Notes: generated by a model from the sequence alone, not told the origin. A stretch of 64,000 bases of DNA from Marsupella aquatica (GCA_973895155.1 OZ316896.1:13635469-13699468), one strand, 5' to 3'; positions 36,451-50,250 are shown, numbered from the stretch's first letter. Program-made: numbers and translations.

Positions 36451-39400
36451 ACTGGCTGGCTGTCTGTTTCTCTGTCTTGTGCGGCGCTGCGCGTGTCCAT
36501 CCTGTCTTGAGCACTCGGCATTTCCGTCAATATCCACCTATCTGTGAGTCATCCTCATCGCTAATGGATAGATGTCCGGGCTGAAGGGTTGGGAGATTTT
36601 CGATCTTTGGAATTGGTTCTGCTTTGCCTTGAGCGAGAGAGACAGGTGAAGTTCTTCAACATTGTTGACTCAGTCGGGACGATTGAGACGTGCCACAGAT
36701 TGAGTTTTCGCAGCAGTGTATGTACATATTCTGTAGAATGACAGAAAAAGGATATACAAGCCCGCCTGAAGTTGTTTAGGCTGTGGCTGGCTCTGAATTG
36801 TTGTTCAAAAATGGGAGTTCAGGGGCGTGACTGGATTAGGGTTTTACATGTAAGAATTCTTCACTCACGGGCATTGTCGGCCTACAACCGGGAACGAAAG
36901 TTGTTCTGCAAAGTATTGACCTCATGGATCATCATTATCTTAGTGTTTTAGCGGTAGGACTTAATAGACTCTTGCGAGTTGCACTCAGCCAGCAGATAGG
37001 TTGAAACATTTTCCCCGGCAGGAAAGTTTTTGGGCCTTACTCTGACGAACTCCTCTGTTAGTACATCGCTTTGCTGTGTCTTGTAATCCAGCTTCAAATT
37101 GTAACAGCTCAACAGCTGAAGTTTTATTCTCAAGAGGACAGCAGTAAACTTTTTTTGCCAGAAACGACAAAGCGTGCTTTCCTTCTTCAAAGCCGGAGTG
37201 CATGTTCTCGCGAATGTTTCGAAACTATGTTTTTCTGGGGCTCAGATGACCAATTGGTGAAAGATCTTCACAGTTTGCGTGACTACTGTACTTGTGCGGA
37301 TAGGTTGGTCCGCCCAATTTGCGAATATTGCCATCGTTTTCTATATTTGCGACCTGCCAGAGCATTGTGACAATCTCAATTCGCTTTACAATTATCCCCA
37401 ACCAAAGGGAAGTCGCTGTATTAAAATATCGATTCGCTTGGCCCCTTTCTCAATGACGATAGAGGTACACATGAATCCAAAATTTAATACCGGCCTTCAA
37501 CCTCTCTGTCGAGATGCGGTACAAAGCAGCAGATTTGCTTTGCTATGTGTTTCCTCTGTTCTTGAGTCCTGGTGCACTTTAATATCCTTTGACCCTATCT
37601 CAATTCTCCTGTTGTTCTTTGATATCCTTTGGTACAGGATCTGTCCTTGCTGGCGTACCCTTTGCTGCTTTTCTTATAACTTCCACTGTCCTGTGGCTGG
37701 TGGCCTGGTGCTCTAAAGTCTACGCTCTTCTCTTTTGTACGGGATGTTGCTTGTGTACCCTTGCTAGTTGCTACTTTTCTGGTGACCTCAACTGACCACA
37801 ATATTTATTTACTGGCGTTCTCCTTACGCACACAATAACGTCGGAATCAAAACCAGGGCTTTCTGTGCAGCTTCAGTATCATGCCTGCTTTTCCACGGAA
37901 GGCATTGCTTTGGGCAATCGCGGGTCCCCCTTCTCTGAACAGTCTGGAATCACCCCATCTTCTACATTTACGGCGTAGTTACGTCGGAGAATGTCGGTGT
38001 GCCCTCTGAGTCGATGATCACACAATTAGTAGTCATGATCTGCATGTGGTGCAGCATAAGCATACATTAGTGAACACGCCCGTCTGAGTTTCATAGTGGA
38101 ATCAGTTTCCATGCAAGGCCTTTCCAGGTGAAATCATTTCATTCATATATTCCGTATCCTGCTTCACAACTGTTCCGATGTCATGCCTGATTATTCTAGT
38201 TTTCTTTAGGTGTTGCTTTGCGAATGACGGATATAATTTACTCTAGTGGAATACAACAGTGCAGCAGAGGACTCGGGCGGACATGGCAATAATTCTATCC
38301 CAAGTTGTCTGTCCAAAGAAGGCCCCGCTGGCGGGATTGAACTCAGCCATGGCCATCGCCACCTTTCTACTCGTTGTAGCACTGAAATGCCACTGAGATT
38401 TTCCCTGCAAAACTTAGCGAACGATGACGCGGTAAATTGACTTGGCCGGGTGGGGCTGTCGTTTTTTCACCAAGAGATCTCATTGTTTAACATTTTTCAC
38501 CCTTAGCCCCAGTAAGATAGATGACAGGGCTGCAAATTGCCATTCAAGAATTCCCAATTCAAGAATATTTGTTTGCCTCGAACTCAAGCTTTACCAACGA
38601 TGGAAACCCAAAAGCAGTATTTTCAAGGTAAAATCTTTTGTGGCGCAGTTCATTGATCTGATAAGTACGAAGTACATTGTTCCTCTTTATTCATCGCTGC
38701 ACGCAGCGGACAAAGACAATGAGTTGGTTTCTGACTATGCTTGGCAAGTTGCAATTTGCAACCCTGTCATATACCTTTGAAGATCATAGTCTATGGTCTA
38801 CACCGTCAGGCCCTCGACTTTAATGGAAGCTAACAAACGTAAAGACAAAACACGTCACTTAGCTGACTTCACAGTTAAAAGATGGCCTTGCTCTGCTCAA
38901 AAGCTCCCTTCACGTAGACCACACATTTCACCAGTACCCTTCAGTAGTTCCATCTGAGTGGCTAAGTGGCTTCAGCGTCATCATTCCTTCGAGGAATCCT
39001 ATCTGTTTGAATTTATAATATCTGGACTTTTGGACATCGAGTTTTAGTTAACTGTTTTCGGCAATGGAGGCAACATCATTTGTCACAATGTTCATGTACT
39101 GTAGTGGGTAGACTAACGAGTAAGTTACTCCTCCAGTCCCCTGCTTGTCTTGCTTGTTTCTTGTCGATCAGTTTCTGAGGATAGACCCAAGTGTGTTACC
39201 TACCACACACTGATCCTTGTGTCAAACACTATGCAATCAGCTCTCGGCACCGTGACCTCTATGACTGTCATCTCCAACATCGAGGCCTCCTCCTTGCTCC
39301 TCGGCTCCTCTTCTTTTGCCTGCTCATTCGGTCATGCTTCCAGCCTCTTCCATTGGTTTTATCGTATGTTGTTCAATTCTCCAAGGTCCTCTGCTATTTC

Positions 39401-40612
39401 AACCATACAGTACAAGGCCGGCCTAGCTAGCTCCTATTTCTTTCCTATATGCGCTTTATTTTAGTCATCACGCCCATCACACCACGTGAACTAGTTAAAC
39501 TGGGCAAATCCTCAAAACGTCCTGTTTATAAACTACACTATGGACCCTTCAAGGTCTGAATTGCCCGCTGTTACTTCGGGTGGTACTTTGTAAAATTGTC
39601 AGCCCCATCATTTTCAAATTTCTATATCAGTGTGAATTGGTTAAGGAGAACAGGCAATAACGAGATTGGGGTCTTGGCCTAGTTCACCAGACACAGGCAC
39701 AAAAATGCAGGGAGTAGGCAGAACTCTGTTTAGTTTAATGCACCTGAATGTCTACTTGGTCTGTTTCTTGACCGCCCTCACTTGAAAGGAAAACTTTCTC
39801 GGATTAAGTTTCTTTACTAAGTTGTAAGTTCTCAAAGAAATAGTTCAGAACGGTTGCACTAATTGGAGCTCATCTTTTCTTCTGCTTTTGGACCGTAGAA
39901 CATTTGAGTCACATTTCGTACGAATTGACTAAAGGGAAATCAGTAAGATACCAGGACGTGCTGCTCGTGCAATGTACCCCGGTTCAAAATCTTCATCTTA
40001 CTCAAGAAATTGCAGGCAAGTACGAATTGCTAGTTGAACACGCAGAACCTTGACTAATTCATTCTGCCCAAGTCTCGTGAAAGATCTACTCACATCAGAT
40101 GCTCAACTTTACACCAGCAATAGTATCCGGATCCCTTGTCCAAAAATTTCTCTGCCATGAACCAAAACATTCTGAATCTCGATGAATGGAATCACTCAAT
40201 CTGTTAGCGCAAAAACATAAGATCTGCCCTTTAGGGTTTAAGGGCAAAAATTTTCAATTGGCTCAGTAGCGATTCCTTGAGTTCCGTATCTATTGGCCTG
40301 TGCACTATCCATGGTAGACGAAAATTCAACAAAGTTGAAAGTTTATTAGAGCATTGTACCGTTTCGATGTCTACAAGCACTTGAAAATCTTCAAAACGGC
40401 GAAACTTCAAGCCTTCATTGACATCGGAGATCATCAGAAATGCTACTTCCATTGTCAAGTAAAATTCTGTTATAGATTTATATGCCCAACCATCAGGAAA
40501 TATGTGATCATTGAGCATCTGAAATCAATTTCGTGAAGTGAGCATATTAGACCCTTTTGACTCCACCGCAGGTCCCAGCAGTTCGTCAGGAACGTACCCC
40601 TTCACTGCAAAG

Positions 40613-40870
40613 AGCGATCCAACTATTGCCCTGCCTGTAATCACACATCAAAATGTGGCTGCATTCATTGATTGAAAGAAAAAAACAGCGATCCAACTAT
40701 TGCCCTGCCTGTAATCACACATCAAAATGTGGCTGCATTCATTGATTGAAAGAAAAAAACTAGGGTTATCACGGTATGCAGGGGTGTCGTACATAGTATA
40801 TGCCATATTTTGATGTGCAGTTACGGAGACCCCAACTATTGTACTCAGAAAGGTAACCAAAACAATTCGA
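40613..40870. repeat. 74 bp tandem duplication inside a dispersed repeat (inverted homologue at ~24190-24360)
   Basis: agcgatccaactattgccctgcctgtaatcacacatcaaaatg...gaaagaaaaaaa occurs at 40613 and 40687. Its reverse complement matches gcatcaaaatatg.catat...tacgaca...tgatgtgtgattac at 24230-24350. Confidence 0.8.
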
Positions 40871-43145
40871 TTCTGATCGTTTACAATCCGAACATGTGAA
40901 TAGTTACTCTCCCAAGTTGTCCAAAGAGTCACCACAAGAATCCCGAGTACGATTTGAGTTTTTGCAGGAGTTTGAATACAGCCTCAAATTTAAAACTATA
41001 GAATTGGACAGTCCAAAGATTTGGCAATGTTCACAATTTCGTAAGTAAGAGCGAACTACAAGTTTAGGGTTTCGGACAGGTACAAAAATGCACGCAGCTC
41101 GAGCAGCTCAAAAGTGCGAAGATCCTGGCCATTCCACTGAAGATCCCACCCCCAGGCTATGGAGGTGTGCTCCTCTTGGATCAACACTGCAGAGTTGTTT
41201 CAGGTTCTTCAACAGAGCTCATCCAGAAGACATAAAATACGAGTAACTATAAAAATTTGTGTGTAACATGAAGAACCTTTATGTTATGATTGCAATGTTA
41301 TTAGGGTGTGTCAAAGCTTGGCAGTACCTGAGTTATGGCTCAGGACATAATAGGCACTTACAACCAAGGCAGAATTGTTATGGGTTACCAAAATATGTAC
41401 CCCATAAGGGTGGTATGTCCAAAAAAATAAAGACATAACCAAAGTGTACTGGAGAACTTTGACATGCCCTATTGGACCTATAGTCTAGAGTAAGACTTTA
41501 CACCATGACTTTAGGGAAGTAATTGAAAGTTGGAGGTGTGGGTGAAAAACACGGAGTAGGGGCAAATGGTGCACCTTGCGAGGAGTCACTTGAACCATTT
41601 AAGCACAAATTGGTGAATGGGCAGCAGGCTTGAATGTCTTCATGTTCAAGGGCTGGCCTTTTTTTTCTTTTTCTTTTTCAAGGGCTGGCAGTTGGGGATA
41701 TAGTGGGCAAATTCAGCAATTGTATTGTACCATCCAAGTATATAACCTATCAGTGTAATATCTCATGAGAGCTTGCATCTTGTAATATTTTATGGTATCT
41801 TGAACCAAAACAAAATATTCCATATAAGATCTCCTGCCAAAGAACCAACCTATATGGGATCTCCATCACAAACAAGTTTCTCCTATAGTATTTCTAAGCT
41901 CACATTGAATCAATGAAAACTTGTGTTTGGGATGACAAGTTTACACCATCCTTAATTGCCGAGGCAGCTGGTTTTGGGGCGTTTAGTCATTTCACTGTAT
42001 GGGACCTCCTATGCTGTTTACACCAGAGCTCTACCAAGCTTTTCAGTTTGTGGCTCTTTGGCCACTAGATCTCTTGGGCTTGTTGGCTCTTTATGTTGAT
42101 TTCTCCCCTTTATTGGGTCCTCCCTTTATTGAGTCCTGTCTCTCAATAAGGCACTGTTTGTTCATTTGCAGTGATAACATGCATTTAGAATAAAACTTGT
42201 AGACTCCCAAACTAAGATAATTCTGAGACCCCATCAGACTTCAATGATTTTGGGATTTATATGATAATATGCATTTAGAATAAAAATTTTAGACTTCCAA
42301 ACGAAGAGCATTTTGAGACCCCATCAGACTTCAACTATTTGGATGGATATCTCAATCATCCAAGTTTATGGCTCCTATTTACACCATTCCAAACCTTTAA
42401 TTCAATTAAAAAATTAAGATTTCATGAGATCTACAGTGGGAATTTTGTTCTTCTTGGTAGGATCTCAGTGCACACAGGAAACATTTTGGAATCCGAGCCG
42501 AGCAATCTAAAATCTAAAATAAAATTTGAAACCAGCATACTATAGCGCACATGAACGCAGAGTTATACCCTTTTTCTCAAAAATTCAAAATGAGTACTAA
42601 AACGATCACTTACAGATCCCATTGATGACATCGTTGGGCAGAGTGTAGGCTACACTGCCGTTACTACTGTAGACTGTAACGCGGTTCATTTAAAAATACA
42701 TTAGTTCAGCCGTTATTTAACCACCATCCTAGCTTAACCTGACTATTCAGTTTAGCATTACGAAATTTAACAGGGAAGAATCTGGGCCGCTAACAGTTCA
42801 GAGATGGCCACGATGAAACACTTTCTCATTTAATTGGGCATCACTTATCTGCGTCAGCCACTAACCCTACATTCGCCACACTGATGCAGTAACTAGCTCC
42901 CATGGACCACAAGGTTGAACCCCCATGGACCACATTTTCCAAAATTTGAGTTTAATTATAATAACTTGACTTTCATAGATTCAACTGTCTAGTGTTTTTC
43001 TTTAGAGGATATGCTAGAGTAGTAGCTAAGCTACACTTCCTTCAAAGAGACAGTGAAGTTTTGGCCAGTTTGGTAGAGTTATGCATCATGGAATGCTGAG
43101 AAATAAATTCCACTAGATTAATTTTCATTGTGTTAATATGAAATA

Positions 43146-43770
43146 CTAGCCCAATGCACGAAAGATGTCGAGATGATAAAAGATGTCGAGGAGAGAAAAG
43201 ATATCGAGGTGAGAAAAAGATGTCAAGGTGATAAAAGAAGTTGAGGAGAGAAAAGATGTTGAGGTGAGAAAAAATGTCGAGGTGAGCAAAAGATGTTGAG
43301 ATGATAAAAGAAGTCGAGGAGAGAAAAAGATGTTGAGATGATAAAAGAAGTTGAGGAGAGAAAAAGATGTCGAGGAGAGAAAAGATATTGAGGTGAGAAA
43401 AACATGTCGAGATGATAAAAGAAGTCGAGGAGAGAAAAAGATGTTGAAGAGAGAAAAGATGTTGAGGTGAGAAAAAGATGTCGAGGTGAGAGGAAAATAT
43501 GTCAAGGAGAGAATAGATGTCTAGGGTGAGGAAAAGATGTCTTGGTGGGCTAAAGATTTCAAGTGAGAAAAAGATGGCGAGATGAGAAAAAGATAGGATG
43601 TTAAGGTGAGAGAAGATCTTGAGGAGAGAAAGAGATGATGAGAAGGGAAAAGTTGTCAAGGGTGAGAAGAAAATGTTGTGGTGAGATGAAGATGTCAATA
43701 TGAAAAAAGATGTCAATGCAAGGTAAAGACGTTAAGGAGAGATAAATATGAAAAGGCGAGATGTGTGAAC
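43146..43770 (-). repeat. Low-complexity AAAAGATGTCGAGG(T/A)GAG minisatellite, probably within a decayed Helitron-related element
   Basis: Dozens of ~19 bp purine-rich units start just after an ACTAG. The same aaaagatgtc motif lies beside the Helitron end at 17862. Confidence 0.8.
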
Positions 43771-44059
43771 ACGGCCAAAGCATCTGTATGGTCGGGATCA
43801 CACATAATATGTCTCAACAACTGCATTGCAAAGCTGATAATCATGTTTTTGCCTCACCTTGACACAGTTTCTTGCATTGACATATTAGAGGAGAGCGTGA
43901 GCTAAATAGATGATGATAACCAAGGCACATGCATTTGCACGACGCTAGGTTGAAGGTGACATCCCCACTCCTCCTCATGGCCTCCTCGCCCCCTTTCTCT
44001 TGGACTGCCGCTGCTGCTGCCGGCCCGTTCCCCCCCCCCTCTTCCACAACCAATAAAAG

Positions 44060-44265
44060 CAAGGGTGTCCAGGGCGTTTCTCTCCTTTTTCCCTCTTATT
44101 GCTTACTTATTTTCTTTATTTTCATTTCCACTTGCTTCACTTTGTCTCATACTCTCCACCTACAAGGGTGTCCAGGGCGTTTCTCTCCTTTTTCCCTCTT
44201 ATTGCTTACTTATTTTCTTTATTTTCATTTCCACTTGCTTCACTTTGTCTCATACTCTCCACCTA
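44060..44265 (+). repeat. 103 bp near-perfect tandem duplication
   Basis: caagggtgtccagggcgtttctc...catactctccaccta is present twice. Confidence 0.93.
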
Positions 44266-44968
44266 CATACTTATGGGATGATAATACATTATATATTCAG
44301 CCCCTCACCCATGGGTGTATCATTAATTTCCCCTCCCTACTTTGAACTCTATGGCTTCTAGTCTTGTCCCCTCATAATGGTGTCCCAAGTGCCCCTATCC
44401 CAATGACAACACATGGCACCAAGTGCCCCTGGCCATCCCAATGATAACACATGGCACTCACATGGAGTGTATGCCATATCTTCCTCTTAAAGAATCTTTG
44501 TGATATACCAAAATACTTGTCTTGTCTCTTTTGGATTAAAGAGATTACTTTTTGAATAATGAAAGGCCAGGATAAAAGAGAATATAAATACAATGGTTAG
44601 AGAATGTTCCCTCCAAAAGTGAGTTTGTAAACGGAGGATACACCACTTTTGGTGGGATAGTGTTTTCTTAAGTCTCCTCCTTCTCTAGTTGCCTAGCCTG
44701 TGAAAAACTAAAAATTATTTTTAGACTCAAAATCATCAAGTTATAAAACCAAAACATAAATAAAACAGTAACAATAACAATATTGTAAATTATAATATCT
44801 TTACTGACATTATAGTTAAAATTTGTATCTGGTAAATGGACCATATGTCCTGTCCTTAATTCTATACATTTTGGGGGTCCATCAATCTTTAGTGGCATAG
44901 TTAAAAGTTGTATCTGGTAAAGGGGACCGTATGTACTTAACTCCATACATTTTGGGGGTACACCAAGC

Positions 44969-45235
44969 ATATACCTCCTGTAAGTGTTTCAGGCTCTAAG
45001 AAAATGTGTAAGAAGGTCATGATTAGGTGGAGATATATACGTCCTGTAAGTGTTTCAGGCTCTAAGAAAATGTGTAAGAAGGTCATGATTAGGTGGAGAT
45101 ATATACCTCCTGTAAGTGTTTCAGGCTCTAAGAAAATGTGTAAGAAGGTCATGATTAGGTGGAGATATATACCTCCTGTAAGTGTTTCAGGCTCTAAGAA
45201 AATGTGTAAGAAGGTCATGATTAGGTGGAGATATA
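44969..45235 (+). repeat. Tandem repeat, 4 x 66 bp, near-identical
   Basis: Unit atatacctcctgtaagtgtttcaggctctaagaaaatgtgtaagaaggtcatgattaggtggagat. Confidence 0.97.
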
Positions 45236-45544
45236 ACGCGTAGTGGAGTAGTGATGGAGAGGAGAGTGAGAATTTCATGTCCGTCATTCATTCATTCGTT
45301 CCCACAACAACTTTGTAGCTGTTGGCCTCAACTCCTCTAGGAAACATTGACGTACTCAAATAATTTCGATCCGTTCTCTTGGAAGCACTACTCCACTGAG
45401 ACGTACGCATTCGATCCATGCAATAATAATTCAAGAGGGAAGAAGTGCAGCGCGAGGAACAGTCGCCGCCATGTTTATTTATGGTGTTGGGCGGTTTTCG
45501 AGCTGGTCACCATTTCGAAAAGACAAGCTTATATTTCGGAACGT

Positions 45545-45915
45545 TGGATTGCTTCGAGAGAATGATGGCCACTTTACTTTCAGTTGGCTTCGTTCAGTGA
45601 AATGAATGGAATCTCTCTGAGGGAATTGCTTCTGAAGACTGGGCATTGGACGACATTACATTTCGGGAACTTTGGATTGCTTCGAGAGAATGATGGCCAC
45701 TTCCAGTCCGATGGCTTCGTTCCGTGAAATGGTTGGAAATTCCATGAGGGGAATTGCTTCTGAAGACCGGGCATTAGACGCCATTACAGTTCGGGACATT
45801 GGATTGCTTCGAGAGAATCATGGCCACTTTACTTCCAGTTGGCTTTTGTTCCGTGAAGTGAATGGAACTTCCATGAGGGAATTGCTTCTGAAGACCGGGC
45901 ATTAGACGCCATTCC
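45545..45915 (+). repeat. Tandem repeat, 3 x ~127 bp
   Basis: Unit ttggattgcttcgagagaatgatggccactt...gggaattgcttctgaagac.gggcatt.gacg. Confidence 0.92.
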
Positions 45916-47622
45916 GTTCTGAATGCGTGATGGATGCAAGTGGAACTTGGGTGCTGGATGCTCTCTGATAACAGCAGGAAAACTTCCAGACGGTGCACTA
46001 CGAGAAGATGCCAGAATGGAAGATTCTGCCCATTCAGAAGGAAACGAATTAAAATTCACAGCAGGAGAAATTTGAGTGCACTTGAGAGATGCCAGAATGG
46101 AAGATGCTTCTCAATTCCCCGTGCAAGGGAACGAACCAAATTTCACCACGCACCATGAGATTTGTGAGGTGAGAGACAAGAGTAAAGTGCGGCGTTTGGG
46201 TTACAGGCAGAACCGATTCACATGTTCCGTACATCAAGATCGGAGCGATGTACGACTGTTGTTCGAAGATGTCCAAACTGAACAAACCGTGCGCTGTTTT
46301 GATGAGTTTTGATGAGGATGAGATTGAAAGAATGAATGCAAAAAAGCACATTTAGACAAGGTGGGACCGCGACGCTCTAGCGACGCTCTAGCTGTTATGT
46401 CCTCGAGATTGTACCATGAGCTCGAACGAAGGAAGTTCTCCATACATTGTCCAGAAGCTGACTACAGAATCTATAGCTATCCAAAAAAATAAATTATAGG
46501 AAAGAGAATAGACAAGTCCATCTCATTCATAAAATCAGAAATCTTTTACAGCTCTCTGAGAGGATTTGATCTGTCCCCACTCCCCACCTAAAACTAAATT
46601 TGGGTCAAGTCGACCATTTCACTAAATTCTGCTGATGATGATTGAATCAAAATGACTTGACCTCGGTTCAAAAATATATCAATGCCAAGTGGAACAATAT
46701 GCCCACTTAAAAATTAGATCCTAACTTTTTGCGTCCCTCCGGAGAAGCTCATGCGATCTCCAGCGCTGGCACTTGACAGGAACTGCACCAGCTTCAATCG
46801 TTGCTGCTGGCTTCGCTAGCAGCATAATTTATGCTCGAGTGGTTTGAATGACTACCAATTCTGTACTCTTATCTAATTCGTATGTTCCACTCAAGTATTG
46901 TTCTACAGTGCAACACTGAGTATCAACATTGCCTGTCTGCACGACCACATGAGGGATCAGTCCATCCTCGTGGTAGAGCAAGCAGCCTTCCGTTTGGGAT
47001 GAATGATGCCTCGACCCGGCCCCCCACCCTCAGCACAAACCCAATTAAACCTCCTCTTAACCACGTGTTGTATATACAATACATCTCTAGGAACCGGCTC
47101 AAGAAAAAGCCTGCTTCACGGTTTCAGGAGAAATGTCAGCTACACCTTTCAATTCGCATGAGGCCAGATGGTGGCATGATGGAACTGCTTCTCTCCACAG
47201 TCTAATCGTCGAACAGGGCCGCCTTTCTACACTCATGACAATGAGCAGACAATGGGCCCACTGACGAAGGCCCCCAAAATTGATCCTCAACCCCAACGAT
47301 CAAAAAATTGATCATGTTTCCAACGGAGCTGGATCGTTCCGACGCATCACTTTCTTCACACCTGCTGAATGAGACATCCTCGCAACGAGCTCGCTGCGAG
47401 AATGATCGTGTCATTGCATTGAAGCTATCCCTCACATACGTAGAGCTGGAAGGGTCAGTCCTTAGCTCGGATGAAATGGGAAACTTGTTAGAGACTTCAG
47501 AGCCGAGGAGGATTTCGAAAGTCAGAGAGTGAAAGGATCAACAGAAAGAGGGTGGATGGCAGTAGACAGCAGGAGGGAATTCTGATTGACGGGAGGCAGC
47601 CAACGGTAGATATCTCTGTCAA

Positions 47623-48309
47623 TCAGTAAGCGTAGAAGTCTAGAAGCTCGTCCACTTGAAGGTGCCGAGACGACGGATCATCCGTCCCTATTAACCAGAG
47701 CAAATGCTCGAAGAGAACCACCTCACACGCAATGGTGATGCCTCCTTTCTGATCGAACCCGAACTCAGCGGCAGATCGCTCTAGCAGGCCTCTGAACAGG
47801 TTGTGCTCTAAGTAGTGAGCACCGATGACGAATCTTCTTCTCTCCCTGCCAACAAACAACGCCAAGCAGCCGTCTGGAACGTCATCTGTGACTGCAGATC
47901 TCGCGAGATGTTTCACGCTTCTGGGACTACAATCGGAATCTGACGCAGAACCCGACGAGCTGAAGCACGAAATCGTCTCGCCTCTCCTTTGTGCGTTCTC
48001 CTTCTCGCAGCTGACCGAAATACTCTTGTTGCCGTCGAGAGATAAATACCGGCTCTGAGAGGCCTGCGTGAACTTCTTCCACTGGCGCACAATTGACCGC
48101 ATTTTGCTCAGCTTCTTGCCCGACATAGTGATCGACCTCTGAAGCACGGACGACTGTTTCTTCGCCTGCTTGAATTGCTGCCTCCTCACAAGCAACTGCT
48201 GTAATGAAGAGTCCCTCGACGGCGAGGAACAGCACGGCGAGTCGTAGCCTCCGTCTAGGCTAGCAGCCACAGACCGCCTCACTCTGAACGGAACGCTGCA
48301 CATAGACAT
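47623..48309 (-). CDS. SAUR: SAUR family protein with an N-terminal extension (start at ATG 48309 or 48126), intronless
   Basis: [65 protein letters not shown], with a basic KKLSKMRSIVRQWKK helix upstream. The ORF-track start at 48432 is a GTG. Confidence 0.95.
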   Translation of the reverse strand: MSMCSVPFRVRRSVAASLDGGYDSPCCSSPSRDSSLQQLLVRRQQFKQAKKQSSVLQRSITMSGKKLSKMRSIVRQWKKFTQASQSRYLSLDGNKSISVSCEKENAQRRGETISCFSSSGSASDSDCSPRSVKHLARSAVTDDVPDGCLALFVGRERRRFVIGAHYLEHNLFRGLLERSAAEFGFDQKGGITIACEVVLFEHLLWLIGTDDPSSRHLQVDELLDFYAY

Positions 48310-49334
48310 GGAGAAATCCCTACAGACACGCTCACAGAATGAAGCAATTGCCACCAAAATCGGCTCTTCGGACAAATTCGGCACCAGAACGTACAACCCG
48401 CCAAGCTCTCCTCCCTGTCCGAGTTCCCTCACTTCCTGAAAATCGTTGCATTCACTGTGAACGCTCAGCTGTCATCCAATTTCAACTCCGAGGTCAATGA
48501 TGGTGGCGTCAACAGAAATCCTCGAAATGTGGCAAGTGCGCCGCGCATTCAGAAGCTCCTCAATTTCCTCGAAAAATTCCGAGCAGGCTACAAAACATCA
48601 GCCGCGTGGCGTCGAGTCCGTGAAGAGGACGGCAGCAGCTTCCTCCCACGCCCAACTCCCCCTCCTGATGCCAAGGATCTCTTCTCCAAACGACAGCTGC
48701 ACCAAACAGTAAAAATTCACAAACAATGCGCGAGCAATGCCGAGGCCACGATGCACGCCTCTCAGTCGGCCCACCTCTATCAATCCGTCTTCCCACCGAA
48801 CTGCTGGTGCGCCCAGCCAATGCTTTCCGGTGAATCTAGCGTCTAATTAAAAATTCAATCACGTTTTCGCCTGAATGCTTGCCGTGGACCGTCGTGCGTA
48901 CCGATAATCTGTGCATCAGCAAAGCTTCCCTTTTCTCACAGCTTCCTTTCCAACGTCGAATGAATAATGAATCGGACCACGCCGCTTTCCAGTGTGGATG
49001 ATTCTTCCGCCAGCGAGCTTATCAGCGGATTCGGACTACTATTAACTTCGCTGGGCGGATTCAACAGCTCTGTAGCAGCTCCTCCGCTCTCTCTCTCTCT
49101 CTATCTCTCTCAGTCTAATCCGATCGGGACTTTAGCACTTTTTTAGTACTGTAGTAGTAGAATCTCCAACGGGACTCTTCATAGCTCCAACGATCGCGAG
49201 AATGAGGCGACAGAGAGGAGAGGGGATGATTCCGTTGAAGAGGACCCACACAAACTACACAAGCAACTGAATCAGATGAATTAGGAAAAGTTCGCCAAAG
49301 CAGCCCGCTCTTGAGGGCGCGAGCGGCCGTGGGT

Positions 49335-50250
49335 CCCGGTGACGGGCAGCTCCGGGCAGAGAAACTCGGGCAGAGAAACTCGGGCAGACATATACAATTT
49401 TCCTTGCCCGCGGGCAGGAGGTGGGTGATTGGGACAGTTGGGACTGGGGAGAGCGCAGATGCGAGCAACGACTAAAAACCAACGCAACGGGCAGAGCAGT
49501 ACTCTACAGAACACGGGCATTCGAGCAGGGGCAACTGGGACGCTGTGGGCAGGACTGAAGCGGGCGCTATCCGCAGTGGGTCCCGTTTCCGGGCCAGGGC
49601 AGTGAGCTCAGGGCAGGGAAACTCGGGCAGAGTCGAACAACTTTCACTGCCCGTAGGGCAGGAGGTTGGTGACTTGGGCGACCGCAGATGCGAGCAACGA
49701 CACAAAAAAACGGGTAGACCAGTGCGCTACCGAACACGGGCATTCGGGCAGGGCAACTGGGACGCTACGGGCAGGACTGAAGAATTTTACGAGTGTGCGG
49801 GAGCCTGGACGGCAGTGAGCTCCGGGCAGGAAAAACTGGGCAGGGTAGTAGAACAATTCTCATTGCCCGCGGGCAGGAGGTGGGACCGCAAATGCAGCAA
49901 CGACACAAAAATTGCAACGGGCAGAGCAGTGCGCTACTGACCACGGGCATTCGGGCAGGGGCAACTGGGAGTCTGGGACCCTCTGGGCAGGACTTTTCGA
50001 GTGTGCTGGAGCCCGGAGGGCAGTGAGCTCCGGGTAGGGAAACTCGGCAGAGTCGAACATTTTTATTGCCCGCGGGCAGGAGGTGGGTGACTTGGCCACT
50101 TGGGAGAGCGCAGATGCGAGCAACGACACAAAGGAATGCAACGGGCAGAGCAGAGCACAGCAAAACCCGGGCATGCGGGCAGGGGCGGTGACTGGGAAGC
50201 ATATTGGCAGGACTGAAGAGTATTTGCGAGTGTGCTGGACGGAGTCTGGA
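49335..50250. repeat. GC-rich tandem array, about 4 units of ~205-230 bp (GGGCAG-rich), upstream of SAUR gene 2
   Basis: The anchor gcagatgcgagcaacgac recurs at ~49455, 49685, 49890 and 50110, with shared tgcccgcgggcaggaggt and acgggcattcgggcaggg blocks. Confidence 0.9.

Noticed and set aside
43042-43716. 224-aa ORF and overlapping ORFs
   Set aside because: Translation of a low-complexity minisatellite (F/S/L/H repeats); no domain.
44937-45287. ORFs with 22-aa repeats on both strands
   Set aside because: By-product of a 66-bp tandem repeat whose length is a multiple of 3.
48995-49072. Short inverted repeat (tccgccagcga / tcgctgggcgga) upstream of SAUR2
   Set aside because: About 11 bp with a bulge, too short for a miRNA hairpin.
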